Shown: positions 33,405 through 44,501 of the stretch, piece by piece
Numbering within the stretch: position 1 is the stretch's first letter
Layout of the letters: each line of letters begins with the position of its first letter
From: an uncultured Chloroflexia bacterium
GTDB lineage: Bacteria > Chloroflexota > Anaerolineae > CG2-30-64-16
Length of the DNA: 57,521 bases
Assembly (NCBI GenBank): GCA_963808455.1
Contig: CAWEHT010000155.1
Span: 1 to 57,521 of the forward strand
Direction: 5' to 3'
Position numbers and translations under genes: made by a program
The notes under the pieces: generated by a model
Databases searched by the model: none
What the model was told of the DNA's origin: nothing
What the model saw: only the letters and a program-made list of their open reading frames with translations

Positions 33405-33842
33405 TCAGCCAGGCTGGCCGGGCTGGGGATAGGCATCCAGCCAGCGCCGGCTTTGATCGAGAAGGTAGGCTGCGTGTACGATAGCACCCTCGGCATCCGG
33501 CCGAAAGTAGCTTTGCCCGGGCGTCAGGTCAGGCAGCCCGTTGGGGTAGCGGGTAGGGATGTAGAATCTGTCCAGGGCGGCTGCCTTCTCAACCCAATCT
33601 GGAAGATTGGGCAGACCTGGGCGGCCGGGGAACTCCGTGACCAGCTTCTGCAGAGAATGACCCCAGGGCTCCTCACCGATCAGGTACCACAACGCCTTGA
33701 CAGCCTTCTCGCCGGCCTGTTCGGCGATAAAGCAGGCGTGCGCGTAAAATTCCGCATCGAGCAGCGTCCTGGCGGCGCGCAAGTCGTCTGAAGCTGTGAC
33801 AAGCCAGCGCTCGGCGGTATAACGGTCTTCAGTCTGACTCAT
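33405..33842 (-). CDS. HEPN domain protein
   Basis: A..DL.AA, ACFIAEQAGEKAVKA, WGHSL, LDRFYIPTRYPN. Confidence 0.9.
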   Translation of the reverse strand: MSQTEDRYTAERWLVTASDDLRAARTLLDAEFYAHACFIAEQAGEKAVKALWYLIGEEPWGHSLQKLVTEFPGRPGLPNLPDWVEKAAALDRFYIPTRYPNGLPDLTPGQSYFRPDAEGAIVHAAYLLDQSRRWLDAYPQPGQPG

Positions 33843-34159
33843 ACAGCACGATCCCCTCGCGCAGCGCTCGGGCCACAAAGTGGCGCTGGCGCATCTGCTC
33901 GAACTCCTCAGGTGTGTAGATCAGGGCTTCGACCGCGATCCCCGGCAACGCCAGGTTGAGCTCGCGGAGAAGGCCTTCATAGCGCTCCAAGAAACGTTTC
34001 GCTGTGTGTTGCACCAGGATGAGGTCGGCGTCGCTGTGCCTCGAAGCTTCGCCACGAGCCCGGGAGCCGAACAGGACGGCTTTGAGGAATCCCATGCCGG
34101 CGAAAAACCGGCTCCAGGCTCTGCCGGATCGACTCGACTGTCATTTGCTCTGTGGCCAT
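33829..34159 (-). CDS. Minimal nucleotidyltransferase (MNT) partner of the HEPN protein (apparent frameshift near 34090)
   Basis: LFGSRARGEASRHSDADL, VEALIYTPEEF; overlaps the HEPN start. Confidence 0.85.
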
Positions 34160-34420
34160 TCACGTCCCCCGGCGCCTACCGCGGCCTCCAACCCTGGCAC
34201 CACTTGCCTTCCCTTTGATTATCCATGGAAGGGCCGGATGGAGCAAGCGCGCCCATGCTCATAGACGAAGCAGGTGAAAGCCGCATAATGACCAACTGGG
34301 CCGAGCGACTGTCCCAACCCTAGCGATCAGGTCGCGTTGGGGTTGGCGTGCTTGCCATAATATTCGTGCTTGTCCGTCAGCGAGGCCAGGGGATCAGGAC
34401 GGAGGACGCCAAGCGCGACT

Positions 34421-34460
34421 TTGACAAGCAACTCGAGGGGAAGTACAGTAATGCTGTACA
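34421..34460 (+). promoter_or_regulatory. yefM-yoeB promoter (TTGACA-17-TACAGT) with overlapping palindromic operator
   Basis: GTACAG-TAATG-CTGTAC palindrome over the -10, containing the TGTACA core known from YefM operators. Confidence 0.7.
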
Positions 34461-34478
34461 TATGTGAGGAGATGCGAT

Positions 34479-34761
34479 ATGACCATTCACACGACTTACA
34501 CCGCCTTGCGGCGAAGCCTGGCTTCCTTTCTTGATAGCGTGACCGATGGCAACGAGGTTGTCATCGTTAAACGACAGCGGGCGCCGCGCCATCGCTCTCA
34601 TCCCTGCTGACGAACTGGCCAGTCTTGAAGAGACCGCGCACCTGCTGCGCTCACCCGCCAACGCCGAACGACTGCTGGCTGCCTACACACGTGCTGTCGC
34701 TCAGGAGGGGATGCCTCAAACTCTAGACGAGCTCAAGCGTGAGGTGGGATTTGAGCCCTGA
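34479..34761 (+). CDS. yefM: Phd/YefM antitoxin (apparent frameshift near 34580)
   Basis: TTYTALRRSLASFLDSV..GNEVVIVKR ... SLEETAHLLRSPANAERL. Confidence 0.88.
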
Positions 34762-35020
34762 GCGCTATCTGGCCGTCTTCCAACCCGAATTCTTGGAGGA
34801 CCTGCGCTATTGGGTCCAGGCGGAATATAAGGTGGCGTTGCGGGCCTTTGACCTGGTCGAGGCCATCCTGCGAGACCCGTTCCAGGGTGTCGGCAAGCCC
34901 GAGCCCCTCAAGCGTACACTGCCGGGCACCTGGTCTCGTCGCCTGACCGAGGAACACCGCCTGGTGTACCTCGTCAGCGGCAATCGTATCGACTTTCTCC
35001 AGTGCCGCTACCATTATTGA
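34751..35020 (+). CDS. yoeB: Txe/YoeB toxin
   Basis: EDLRYW, DPFQGVGKPEPLK, WSRRLTEEHRLVY, QCRYHY. Confidence 0.95.
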   Translation: MSPERYLAVFQPEFLEDLRYWVQAEYKVALRAFDLVEAILRDPFQGVGKPEPLKRTLPGTWSRRLTEEHRLVYLVSGNRIDFLQCRYHY

Positions 35021-35133
35021 TCGCCCTTCAGCCTTGCGGCTGGCCCGCCGCGGCGCCTGGGGCGAGGTCGCTGGCGCCTTCGGCTGCAGCCAGTGCGCCA
35101 GCGCCGCAATCTTGCCCTTGGATCGACTCCTGG

Positions 35134-35619
35134 TTACGTCTTCAGATCGATCTCCAGCTTGTAGCCAAACCGCACGGTGTTGTCCGTAAGGCGCAGCCAA
35201 TCAGGGCGCAGCACGTAGAAGCGCGCCCGGGCCAGCGGCCCGGCGAGCACTTCCGGCCCCTGGCTCCCCGCCAGCAAGGCCCCGACAAAGGCGTATTTCC
35301 GGCCGTAGACGGCAGCGGCGTGCGGCAGCTCGCCTGCGGGCACACGGGCGGCCCGGCCGCGCACCTGCAGGCCCTGGATCGACTGCCAATCCTGCCCGTC
35401 GCTCTGGATCGTCGCCGCCACATCCGGGCCGGCCGCCAGGTTCTGCCCGTGCCGGGTGCGCTCCTCGGACAGAAAGTAGAGGTTGAGCCGCTCGTCATGG
35501 GCGTAGAAGACGGCCGCCGCCCACGGCCGGCCCAGCCCGTCCACGGTGGCCAGCGCCAGCGTCGAATGGGCTGCCAGAAAATCGGCGATGCGGGCCAGCG
35601 CGGCCGGGTCGGCCATCAT
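35134..35619 (-). CDS. Pyridoxamine 5'-phosphate oxidase-like FMN-binding protein
   Basis: TLALAT...PWAAAVFY...LYFLS...TRHGQNL, IQGLQVRG, DN..GF/FG.K. Confidence 0.85.
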   Translation of the reverse strand: MMADPAALARIADFLAAHSTLALATVDGLGRPWAAAVFYAHDERLNLYFLSEERTRHGQNLAAGPDVAATIQSDGQDWQSIQGLQVRGRAARVPAGELPHAAAVYGRKYAFVGALLAGSQGPEVLAGPLARARFYVLRPDWLRLTDNTVRFGYKLEIDLKT

Positions 35620-36213
35620 TCAGCCGTCTTTTTCCTGGGGATGCCGAGCCAGCGATAATACAGGTCGTTCTCGAAACCCAGGCGGGCCAGCATCCGCCCC
35701 ACCAGACCGTTGACGATGTCGTCGATGGTGCGGGGCCGGCTATAGAACGCCGGCACCGGCGGGAAGATGATGCAACCGATGCGGGCCGCCTGCGCCATCA
35801 GCTCGATGTGGCCGAGATGCAGCGGCGTCTCGCGCACGACCAGCACGAGCGGGCGCCCTTCCTTGAGCTGGACGTCCGCCGCGCGTGCGATCAGGTCGTC
35901 GGCGTAGCTGTTGGCGATCGCCGACAGCGACTTGATGCTGCATGGGACGACGATCATGCCGGCGGTCGGGAATGAGCCGCTGGCGATGGCCGCGCCGATA
36001 TCGTTCGGCCGGTAGGACGTGGAGGCCAGAGCCTCGACATCGCGAGGGGCCCAGTCGGTTTCCTCGACCATGGTAATGCGCGCGGCCGGGCTCAGCACCA
36101 GGTGCGTCTCCACGTCCGCCGTCGAGCGCAAGACCTCCAGCAGCCTGATGCCGTAGAATCTGGCCCGATGCACCCGTCATCCCGACCACCAGGCGCTTTG
36201 CCGGCTCTCCCAT
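35616..36213 (-). CDS. ubiX: Flavin prenyltransferase UbiX (apparent frameshift near 36160)
   Basis: VVGMTGASG, IASGSF, PCSIKSLSAIA, RAADVQLKE.RPLVLVVRETP, PPVPAFY. Confidence 0.93.
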
Positions 36214-36984
36214 CTACTTTACCCCCCAGTGCAATGCCACCGTCCCCATCATCGCCAGCCGATAGCGCACGTCGCGCAGGCCGGATCTCTCCATGATCCG
36301 CCGCAAGGCAGCCGGGTCCGGGAAGGCCCTGGTGGACTGCGGCAGATAGGTGTACGCCTCGCGCTGCCCGCTGAGCAGGCCGCCGATCAGGGGCACGGCG
36401 CCGAAGAAGTACAGATCGAAGAACCGGCGAAAGAGCCGCCCCGCAGGGCGCGTGATCTCGAGACAGACCACGCGCCCGCCCGGGCGGGCCACGCGGGCCT
36501 GTTCGGCGAAGGCGGCCGCGATATCCACTACGTTGCGCATCATGAAGCCGGAGCAGACGGCATCGAAAGTGCCGTCGGGGAACGGCAGCGCCAGCGCATC
36601 GCCTTCGCTGAGAGGAAAAGCGAGCCCAGGGTGCTTGCTGCGCCCGCGCAGCATCATCGCCCGCGCCAGATCGAGGCCCACCACCCGCGCCGGGCCTGTC
36701 CCCGGAGGGCCGGCGGGAGCGCGCCGCAGGGCTTCGAAGGCGAGGTCGCCGGTCCCGGTCGCCACGTCCAACAGCCTCCCGCCGGGGGGCAACGCGCACA
36801 GGGCCACGACCGCCCGCCGCCAGGCCTGGTCGCGGCCGAAGGTCATCAGCCGGTTCATCAGGTCGTAGCGCGGCGCGATCGCCGTAAACATACGACGGAC
36901 GTAGTCCCGCTTCTCGGGCGGCGGCGGCAGCACGCTCCTGGGGTCTTCCACTTTCGGCTCACCTACCCACGGATGAACATCCAC
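36214..36984 (-). CDS. menG: Demethylmenaquinone methyltransferase UbiE/MenG
   Basis: VRRMF..IAPRYDLMNRLMTFGRDQAWR, LDVATGTGD, AYTYLP.S. Confidence 0.9.
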   Translation of the reverse strand: MDVHPWVGEPKVEDPRSVLPPPPEKRDYVRRMFTAIAPRYDLMNRLMTFGRDQAWRRAVVALCALPPGGRLLDVATGTGDLAFEALRRAPAGPPGTGPARVVGLDLARAMMLRGRSKHPGLAFPLSEGDALALPFPDGTFDAVCSGFMMRNVVDIAAAFAEQARVARPGGRVVCLEITRPAGRLFRRFFDLYFFGAVPLIGGLLSGQREAYTYLPQSTRAFPDPAALRRIMERSGLRDVRYRLAMMGTVALHWGVK

Positions 36985-37706
36985 GGCGCCAGCCAGCGCT
37001 GCAGACGATCGACGACGAAGTAGAGCAAGAGGCCGAGCAGGCTCATCGCCGCCACGCCCGCGTACATCTCGGGATAGGCCAGCCGCCCCCAGCTCTCGAC
37101 GATGATATAGTAGCCCAGGCCGGACGTCGTGGCAAAGGACTCGGCAAAAAACAGCACCGCGATGGCAGTGCCCACGCTGATACGCAGCGCTGTGAGCGCG
37201 GCGGGCACGGTGGCCGGCAAGTAGACGAAGCGGAAGAGCGCCCTCCGGCCCGCGCCCAGCGACCGCACCGAGTAAATCAGCTCCGGGCGCAGCGCGCTGG
37301 CTTCGTCGCGCACCACCACCAGGATCTGGAAAAAAAGCACCAGGAAGATGATGAAGATCTTGGAGCGCTCGGCGATGCCCAGGAAGAGCAGGATGATCGG
37401 CAGGAACACGATCTTGGGTATCGGGTAGAGGATATAGATGATCGGCGAGAACAGCCGGTTCAGCCGCGGGCTCTGCCCCAGGGCCAGCCCTGCGGGCACC
37501 CCGGTGGCCACCGCCAGGACCACGCTGGCGACCACGCGCCAGGCGCTGACCAGAAAGTGCCAGGCCAGGCCGTTCGGCAGGGCGTGCACGAAAGCCACGC
37601 CCACCGCAACGGGATCGGGCAGCACGTCAACGTGGACGATCAGCGCCACGATCTCCCAGACGGCCAGCAGCCCGGCGGCGGCCAGCGCCAGGTCACGCCG
37701 CTGCAT
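36963..37706 (-). CDS. NitT/TauT-family ABC transporter permease
   Basis: YPIPKIVFLP, SLGAGRRALFRFVYLPA EAA-like loop, GLGYYI. Confidence 0.9.
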   Translation of the reverse strand: MQRRDLALAAAGLLAVWEIVALIVHVDVLPDPVAVGVAFVHALPNGLAWHFLVSAWRVVASVVLAVATGVPAGLALGQSPRLNRLFSPIIYILYPIPKIVFLPIILLFLGIAERSKIFIIFLVLFFQILVVVRDEASALRPELIYSVRSLGAGRRALFRFVYLPATVPAALTALRISVGTAIAVLFFAESFATTSGLGYYIIVESWGRLAYPEMYAGVAAMSLLGLLLYFVVDRLQRWLAPWMFIRG

Positions 37707-38502
37707 GGCGTTTGCCTTCCTCCGCCAGGACGTCGAGGGCGGATCGCAGCTCGCCGCAGCGCTCCAGAAAACCGGTCCGGCCCCGGTAGCCCGGTGAGCC
37801 GGCCTCGGGGTTCTCTATGACGCGCGCCTCACAGGCCGGCGGCCGGCCCAGCACGAGGATGCGCTGCCCGAGGTAAACGGCCTCGTCGATGCTGTGCGTC
37901 ACCAGCAGCGTGGTGACCGAGGTCTCACGGCGCAGCTCGGCCGTGAGCTGTTGCAGGTCCTCACGCGTCAGGGCGTCGAGCGACGAAAAAGGCTCGTCCA
38001 TCAGCAGCAGGTTGGGGTTCTGCAACAGGGAGCGGGCGATGGCCGTGCGCTGCCGCTGGCCGCCGCTGATCTGCGCCGGATACGCGTCCCGCAGCCCGGC
38101 GATGCCCAGGCGCTCCAACCACCGATCGACCTGATCGGGCGTGATGCCGGCCCGCGGGTAGGGACGCGGCCCGCTGCCGGCAGCCCTCTTGTGCCTGTAG
38201 AAGTGGCCCATGCGCATCACCAACGCCACATTTTCCCATACGGTGGCCCAGGGCAGCAAGCCGTAGTCTTGCAGGATCAGGCCGGTGCTGGCGAGCGGGC
38301 GGGCGACCGGATGGCCCAACACCAGGACCCGGCCGGCCTGCGGCTGGCGCAAGCCGGCGATCAGGTAGAGGAGCGTGCTCTTGCCGCAACCCGACGGCCC
38401 GATGATGGCCCACGCCTCGCCCGCTGCCACCCCCCAGCTGAAGCGCTCGAAGAGCGGCGGCCGGTCGGGATAGGCGAAGGTCATGCCCTCGATCTGGATC
38501 AT
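37693..38502 (-). CDS. NitT/TauT-family ABC transporter ATP-binding protein
   Basis: GPSGCGKST, ISGGQRQR, LLMDEPFSSLD, VTHSIDEAV. Confidence 0.92.
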   Translation of the reverse strand: MIQIEGMTFAYPDRPPLFERFSWGVAAGEAWAIIGPSGCGKSTLLYLIAGLRQPQAGRVLVLGHPVARPLASTGLILQDYGLLPWATVWENVALVMRMGHFYRHKRAAGSGPRPYPRAGITPDQVDRWLERLGIAGLRDAYPAQISGGQRQRTAIARSLLQNPNLLLMDEPFSSLDALTREDLQQLTAELRRETSVTTLLVTHSIDEAVYLGQRILVLGRPPACEARVIENPEAGSPGYRGRTGFLERCGELRSALDVLAEEGKRHAAA

Positions 38503-39467
38503 TGGGGCAGGTACGAGGAGTCCACCATATCGCTGTACGGGATGTCGCGAGCGATCAGGCCTTTTGCGCGCATCCACTGGACGACGTCGGCCATCTCCGC
38601 CGGGGTGGGCAGGCTCTTCGCCGGGAAGGGCGGCATTTTGAAGGTGCCCTGGATCGACTGCGGCACATTGCCCTTCTGGATCAGGACATCCTGATACTTG
38701 CTAGGGTGCGCGTTCAACTCTTTGACGGCTTCTTCCCAGGCGACCAGGAACTTCCGGACCGTGCCAGGTTTGTCGCGCAGCGTCTCCACACGGAAGCTGA
38801 GGTACGACTGCGAGTATTGCGGGAACGCCGAATCGTCGGCGATGAGGCGCGCGCCGCCGGCCTGGGCGCCCTGCCCCAGGGGGTCGGGCAGGGTGGCCGC
38901 CTTCAGATTGCCGTTCATCAGCTGCTCGAATCGCACGGGGATAGCCGTGACCTCGATCACATCGATGTCGGCCGGCGCCAGGCCCTGCGCCTGCAGCACG
39001 CGATCGGTCACGTACTGGATGACGGTGTTCTGGCTGATGCCTATCGGGATGCCCTTCAGGTCGGCCACGGACTTGATGGAGCCGTTGGGCGAAGCCAGGA
39101 TGCGGAACTGCGGCGCGTTGGGATAGGAGATGCGGGCTGTGCGCACGATCTTGATCTTGGGCGCCTCTTTGTCGAACAGCCCGACGGCCACGGCGTCGTT
39201 GACGACGCCATCGATCTGTCCGGTCTGGAGCAAAGCGTCACGCTCCTGCGCGCTTTTGGCCGTCACGAAGTTCACCTGGATGCCCTGGTCCTTGAAGTAG
39301 CCGTTTTGGTCCGCCACGTACAAAGGGATGACGTCCAGGATGGGCAAGAGCCCCATCTTGAGATGCGCGTCGTCGGCCGGGGAGGCAGGGGCAGAGCAGG
39401 ACGGCACGACAGCCGTGGCCAGGATCAGCAGGGCGCCCAGGATGGCGGCGCGATAGGGTTTATGCAA
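38499..39467 (-). CDS. SsuA/THI5-like ABC substrate-binding lipoprotein
   Basis: GGAGGT RBS plus TTG; lipobox VVPSC; LKMGLLPILD..PLYVA...GYF, DLKG. Confidence 0.88.
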   Translation of the reverse strand: MHKPYRAAILGALLILATAVVPSCSAPASPADDAHLKMGLLPILDVIPLYVADQNGYFKDQGIQVNFVTAKSAQERDALLQTGQIDGVVNDAVAVGLFDKEAPKIKIVRTARISYPNAPQFRILASPNGSIKSVADLKGIPIGISQNTVIQYVTDRVLQAQGLAPADIDVIEVTAIPVRFEQLMNGNLKAATLPDPLGQGAQAGGARLIADDSAFPQYSQSYLSFRVETLRDKPGTVRKFLVAWEEAVKELNAHPSKYQDVLIQKGNVPQSIQGTFKMPPFPAKSLPTPAEMADVVQWMRAKGLIARDIPYSDMVDSSYLPQ

Positions 39468-39604
39468 GAATACCAACCTCCTTTTTTCATCTTGCTCCAA
39501 GATGCATTTGCGCTTTCCCCGCCCGCAACGGCGGCGGGGCGGGGCGCTCCTGCGAGGCAGTGGCCCGCACATGGCAGGGCCGGCCCGCCCGCAGACCCGG
39601 CAAC

Positions 39605-40458
39605 TCAGAAATGGAGCCCAAGCCAGGCTGCAACGAAGATCAGCACGCTGATGTAGCCGTTTACGTTGAAAAAGGCCAGGTTGAGGCGGCTGAGATCGTC
39701 AGGCTTCACCAGGCTATTTTCCCACCACAGCAGCGCGGCGACGCCCGCCGCGCCGATCCAGAAAGCCAGGCCCAGGTGCAGGGAAAGGCCCACGCCGGCG
39801 AGCGCCAGCAGGGTCAAGGCGTGATTGACTCTGGCCCAGCGCAGAGCCCGCGCGTTGCCGAAACAGGCCGGCACGGAGAACAGGCCTTCCGCCCGATCGA
39901 ACTCAGTATCCTGGCAGGCGTAGATGATGTCAAAACCGGCCATCCACAAGGTGACGGTCAGCCAGAGCAGCCAGGGCGCGGGATGGCTCAGGGAGCCGGT
40001 CACCGCGGCCCAGGCACCGGGCGCGGCCATGCCATCGGTGATGCCCAGCACCCAGTGGCTGGCCCAGGTGAAACGTTTGGTGTAGCTGTAGCCTGCCAGG
40101 AAGATGACGGCGCCGGGCAGCAGCTCGAGCACGAACCGGTTGAGCTGCCAGGCAGCTATGGCCAGCACGGCCAGCGCCGCGCCGGCCATGAGCCAGACGG
40201 GTCGCGGCGCGATGGCCCCCTGCGGCAGGGCGCGGTTGCGGGTGCGCGGGTTGCGCCCGTCATAAGCGCGGTCGACGAGGCGGTTCACGGCGAAGGCGAA
40301 GGTACGGGCCGCCGCCATGGCGACGGTGATCCAGAAGAACTTCGGCCAGCCGGGCCAGCCATGGGCCGCCAGCACCATGCCCAGGTAGGCAAAGGGCAAG
40401 GCGAAGATGGTATGTTCGAACTTGACCAGGTCCAGAAAGATCTTGCTTTTCGGATCAC
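39605..40458 (-). CDS. mqnP: UbiA-family polyprenyltransferase (MqnP type)
   Basis: KFEHTIFALPFAY, NRLVDR.YD..NPRT.NR, YSYTKRFT, GFDIIYACQD. Confidence 0.88.
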
Positions 40459-41946
40459 GATCCGGGACTCCGCAAGAGCTCTCCCAGCCCGTACTCTTCC
40501 CAGCGCCTGGCCACCAGATCGCGGATCGCTTCGGGCATGACGGCCTGCTCCGGCCAGGCGCGAGGATAGCCGTCGCGCGCACCCTTTGCCGTGGCGTCGA
40601 TGCCGATCTTGCCACCATACGCAAAGCGATACGAAGCGTGGTCGAGGGCGTCGGTCGGGCCTTCCTGAATGATCACGTCGTGCGCCCAATCGACGTTGCC
40701 GAACATCTGCCAGTAGGCCTCGGCGGTGTTCTGCACGTCGACCTCTTCGTCAAAGACCACGATGCACTTGGCGAGCATGAGCAGGCCCAATCCCCATAGG
40801 CCGTCGATCACCTTGCGGGCGTGGCCGGGGAAACGCTTGTGGATGCTCACCAGGACGAGGTTGTGGAAAATGCCTTCCGCCGGCATGTTAACGTCCACGA
40901 TCTCGCTGAGGAACAGGCGCATCAAGGGCAGGAAGAGGCGCTCGGTCGCCTTGCCCATCCAGTAGTCTTCCATGGGCGGGCGACCCACTACAGTGGCAGG
41001 GTAGATGGGCGCCTTGCGCCGGGTGATCGCCGTGATGTGCATGATGGGGTAGACGTCAACGGGCGTGTAGTAGCCCGTGTGGTCACCGAATGGCCCTTCG
41101 GGCCCCGATTCGGCCGGGTCCACGTAGCCCTCGATGACGATCTCGGCGTCGGCGGGCACTTCCAGGGGTTGCGTTACGCACTTGACCAGCCGCACCGGGC
41201 TGCGGCGTAGCCAACCGGCCAACAGGAACTCGTCGATACCGGGCGGCAATGGGGCCGAGCCGCTCCAGATCGTGGCCGGGTCGCCGCCCAGGCTCACGGC
41301 CACCGGCATGCAGGCGGCGCCGATCTCCTGTGCCACCCGCTGGCTCGGCCCCGCCCTTGTGCAGCTGCCAGTGCATGCCGAGGGTGTGGTCGTCCTGCAC
41401 CGGCAGGCGATACATGCCGACGTTGCGGATGCCCCGGGCCGGGTCGCGGGTGATGACGGTCGGCAAAGTGATGTAGCGCCCACCGTCCTTCGGCCAGCAC
41501 TGCAGGATCGGCAGTTCCGCCAGGCCGGCCTGCTCCCCGGCCAGCACTACCTCCTCGGCCGGCGCATGGCTCACCAGGTGCGGCCTTAGCCCCACGCTCC
41601 GCAGCGCACCCCATAGCTCGCCGGCCCTGTCGAGCATCGGGGCCGGCCGCGCGGCAGGTCCGGCCTGAGCAAGGCCCCGAGGTCGTCGGCCAGCTGGTTC
41701 AGGTCTTCCACGCCCGAGGGCCCAGGCCATGCGCCGGGCCGAGCCGAAGGCGTTGATCAGGACCGGGATCGCCGAGCCCTCGACATTCTCGAAGAGCAAC
41801 GCTTTGTTCGAGACTGCCGGCCCCTTGGCGACCCGGTCTGCGATGGCGCTGATCTCCAGCGTTGCGCTGACCGGTGCGCTGACCCGCACCAGCTCGCCCG
41901 CTCTTTCCAGGCGGGCCAGGAACGCTCTCAAGTCACGATAGGCCAT
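40455..41946 (-). CDS. ubiD: UbiD-family menaquinone-biosynthesis decarboxylase (MqnL type; several apparent frameshifts)
   Basis: YRDLRAFL, WPKDGGRYIT, RNVGMYR, MHWQ.HK, EGPFGDHTGYY, GRPPMED, LDHAS, GGKIGIDAT. Confidence 0.9.
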
Positions 41947-42016
41947 GCTCACTCGTCTTCGCACCCTGCCTGCGACAGCTCCAGAAACACGAGTTCCAGG
42001 ATCAACAAGCCCGCCC

Positions 42017-43124
42017 TCACTGGCCCTTCTCGTACGGCTTGCCGTCGGCTGCCGGTGCCACGGCCCGGCCAACGACCCCGGTCAGCACGATGATGGTCAA
42101 CAGATAGGGCAGCATCTGCGGGATCTGCGATGGGATATCGGGCCGGAAAATGGAGATCGTCGCCGTGGCGCTGTTGCCGAGGCCGAAGATGAAAGCGCCC
42201 AGCATGGCCCCGAACGGCGTCCACTTGCCGAAGATCATGGCTGCCAGGCCGATGAAGCCCAGGCCGTTCGTCATCTCCGGGCTAAAGACGTTCGACCGCC
42301 TCGAGCGTGAACCACACGCCGCCCAACCCGGCGATCAGGCTGCCGACCAGCACGTTGATGTAACGCGTGCGGATGACGTTGATGCCCAGCGTGTCGGCTG
42401 CCAACGGGTGCTCGCTGACCGCCCGGCAGCGCAGGCCCCAGCGTGTGCGAAACAGCATGAGGTGGATCCCGATGGCCGTCAGGAGCATAATATAGGTGAG
42501 CGGCTTCTGCTGGAACAGGATCGGGCCGATCACGGGGATCTGCGAGAGCAGCGGCAAGTTGAAGATGGGGAATGTGCCCGGCCCGGCCGGCAGGTTCTGC
42601 GACAGGAACTGCCGGTACATGTACCCGGTGACGCCCGGCGCCAGTATGTTGATCACCGTGCCGCTGATGATCTGGTCGATCTTGAAGCGGATCGAAGCCC
42701 ATGCGTGGAGTGCCCCCAGCAGCAACGCGGAAGCCATGCCGGCGAGCACGGCCAGCCAGCGGCTGAGATCGCCGGCCGCCGTCGGTCCCATGGTCCGTTG
42801 CAGCGCCTGGAAGACGAACAGGTTGGTGGCGTAGCCGACCATGGCCGCGGTGAGCATCTGGCCCTCGATGCCGATGTTGACCACGCCCGCGCGTTCGCAG
42901 ACGACGCCGCAGAACGGGGCGAAGGCGATCGGCGTGGCCTCGCGCAGCGTCTGATTCAGCGTATCGACCACACACTTCGATTCGCAGCGGCCGGAGATGA
43001 CCAGGTTGAGCAGCCACCAGGCCGCCGTCAGGCCGAAGGCGACGAAAAGCGCCGTCACCCACCAGGATGTGGAGGGCGCCCCGCCGGTCCGCCGCCGGGC
43101 CAAGGGTTCGGTTGTGGCGGCCAT
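42017..43124 (-). CDS. Nucleoside (BMP/Nup) ABC transporter permease (apparent frameshift)
   Basis: ERAGVVNIGIEG, EHP.AADTLGINV, G.GFIGLAAMIFGKW, PAADGKPY. Confidence 0.9.
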
Positions 43125-43125
43125 A

Positions 43126-44501
43126 TCAGCCTCCTCCCCAACCGCGGGTCAGCGGTGCTTCTTCTCCCTCTCGCCCGGCTCGCATGCGGTAGAGCCAGCG
43201 CACCATCGCCGGCGCTGCCACAAAGAGCAACACCAGCGCCTGGATCAGCGAGATCACGTACTTCGAAACGCCCGAGTTCAGCTCCATCAGGTCCGACCCG
43301 TTGCGCAGGGCGCCGAAAAGGAAGGCGGATGCCAGGATGCCGAAAGGATTGTTTTTGCCCAGCAAGGCCACGGCGATGCTGTCGAAGCCGTAGCCGCTCG
43401 AGAAAAAGAGCGGCAGGCAACGGCAGGTCGAGACCCCCAGCACTTCGATCGTGCCGGCTATGCCGGCCAGCGCGCCCGAGATGCCCATGGCCAGGACGAT
43501 ATTGCGTGTGATATTGATGCCCGCGTAGCACGCTGCGGAGGGGTTGGCGCCCACGGTGCGGAGCTCGAAACCGATCTTGGTGCGCCACAGGAACCACCAG
43601 ACGGCGACTGCGGCGCCGATGGCCATCAAGATGCCGATGTGCATCCGATCATAGGGATCGGTGAACGGCCACCAGGCACGGGTCAGAGCCGGCAGGCCCA
43701 CGAAAGCTACCAGGCCGGCCAGGGCGGCGATCCCGATCTGCGCCGGGCGGCGCTTCCCCGCGGGCACCGGCGGGTTGCCACGTTGGACCGGCCCTGCCAC
43801 CAACGCACCAGCAGCCAGGCCACGAAAGCGACCACCAGCGCGACGGCCAGGGCGTTGAGCGGGTCCTGCAGCCGGTGTGGGATCTCGGCGAAAGTCCAGA
43901 CCTGTGCATTGGGGTCGACAGCCTGCGTCTGCACCTCGTTCTTGCCCGGAGCCCGCAGCGGGCCGCTGAGCATCAGCTCGGTGAACCGGAATGCGACATA
44001 GTTGAGCATGATCGTGTTGATGACTTCGTGCGCACCGGTCTTGGCCTTCAGGTAGCCGGGGATGGCCGCCCAGATCCCGCCGCCGATCGCGCCGGCCAGG
44101 AGCGTCAGCGGCAGCAGGATGATGGCCGGCAGCCCGTGCACGGCCTGGCCGAACCACGCGGCGCTGAGGGCGCCTATGTCGAACTGGCCCTCGACCCCGA
44201 TGTTGAACAGGCCGGTCTTGAAACCGACGGCTACGCCCAGCGCCAGCCAGATGTAAGGCCCGGTGGCCACCAACGACTCGGACAGCCCGCGTTTTTGGAG
44301 GAACGCGCCCTGTACGAGGCCCGCATAAGCCTGGCCGACGGTTGCCAGGCTGCCGCTCGTGATCCAGATCACCAGGCCACCGAGGACGAAAGCGCTCACG
44401 ATGGCCAGCGCGGGCATGGCCATGGCGTCGAGCAGGCGCCGCCACCAGGGGCGGCCACGCTCCGGCCGGGCCAGCGTACCGGCTGTGACGGTGCTAGACA
44501 T
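43126..44501 (-). CDS. Nucleoside (BMP/Nup) ABC transporter permease (apparent frameshift)
   Basis: [45 protein letters not shown]. Confidence 0.9.

Noticed and set aside
38499-39467. Substrate-binding protein as the enzyme MqnA or MqnD (same periplasmic-binding fold)
   Set aside because: It has a lipoprotein signal and adjacent ATPase and permease genes, and no MqnA/MqnD motifs were recognised
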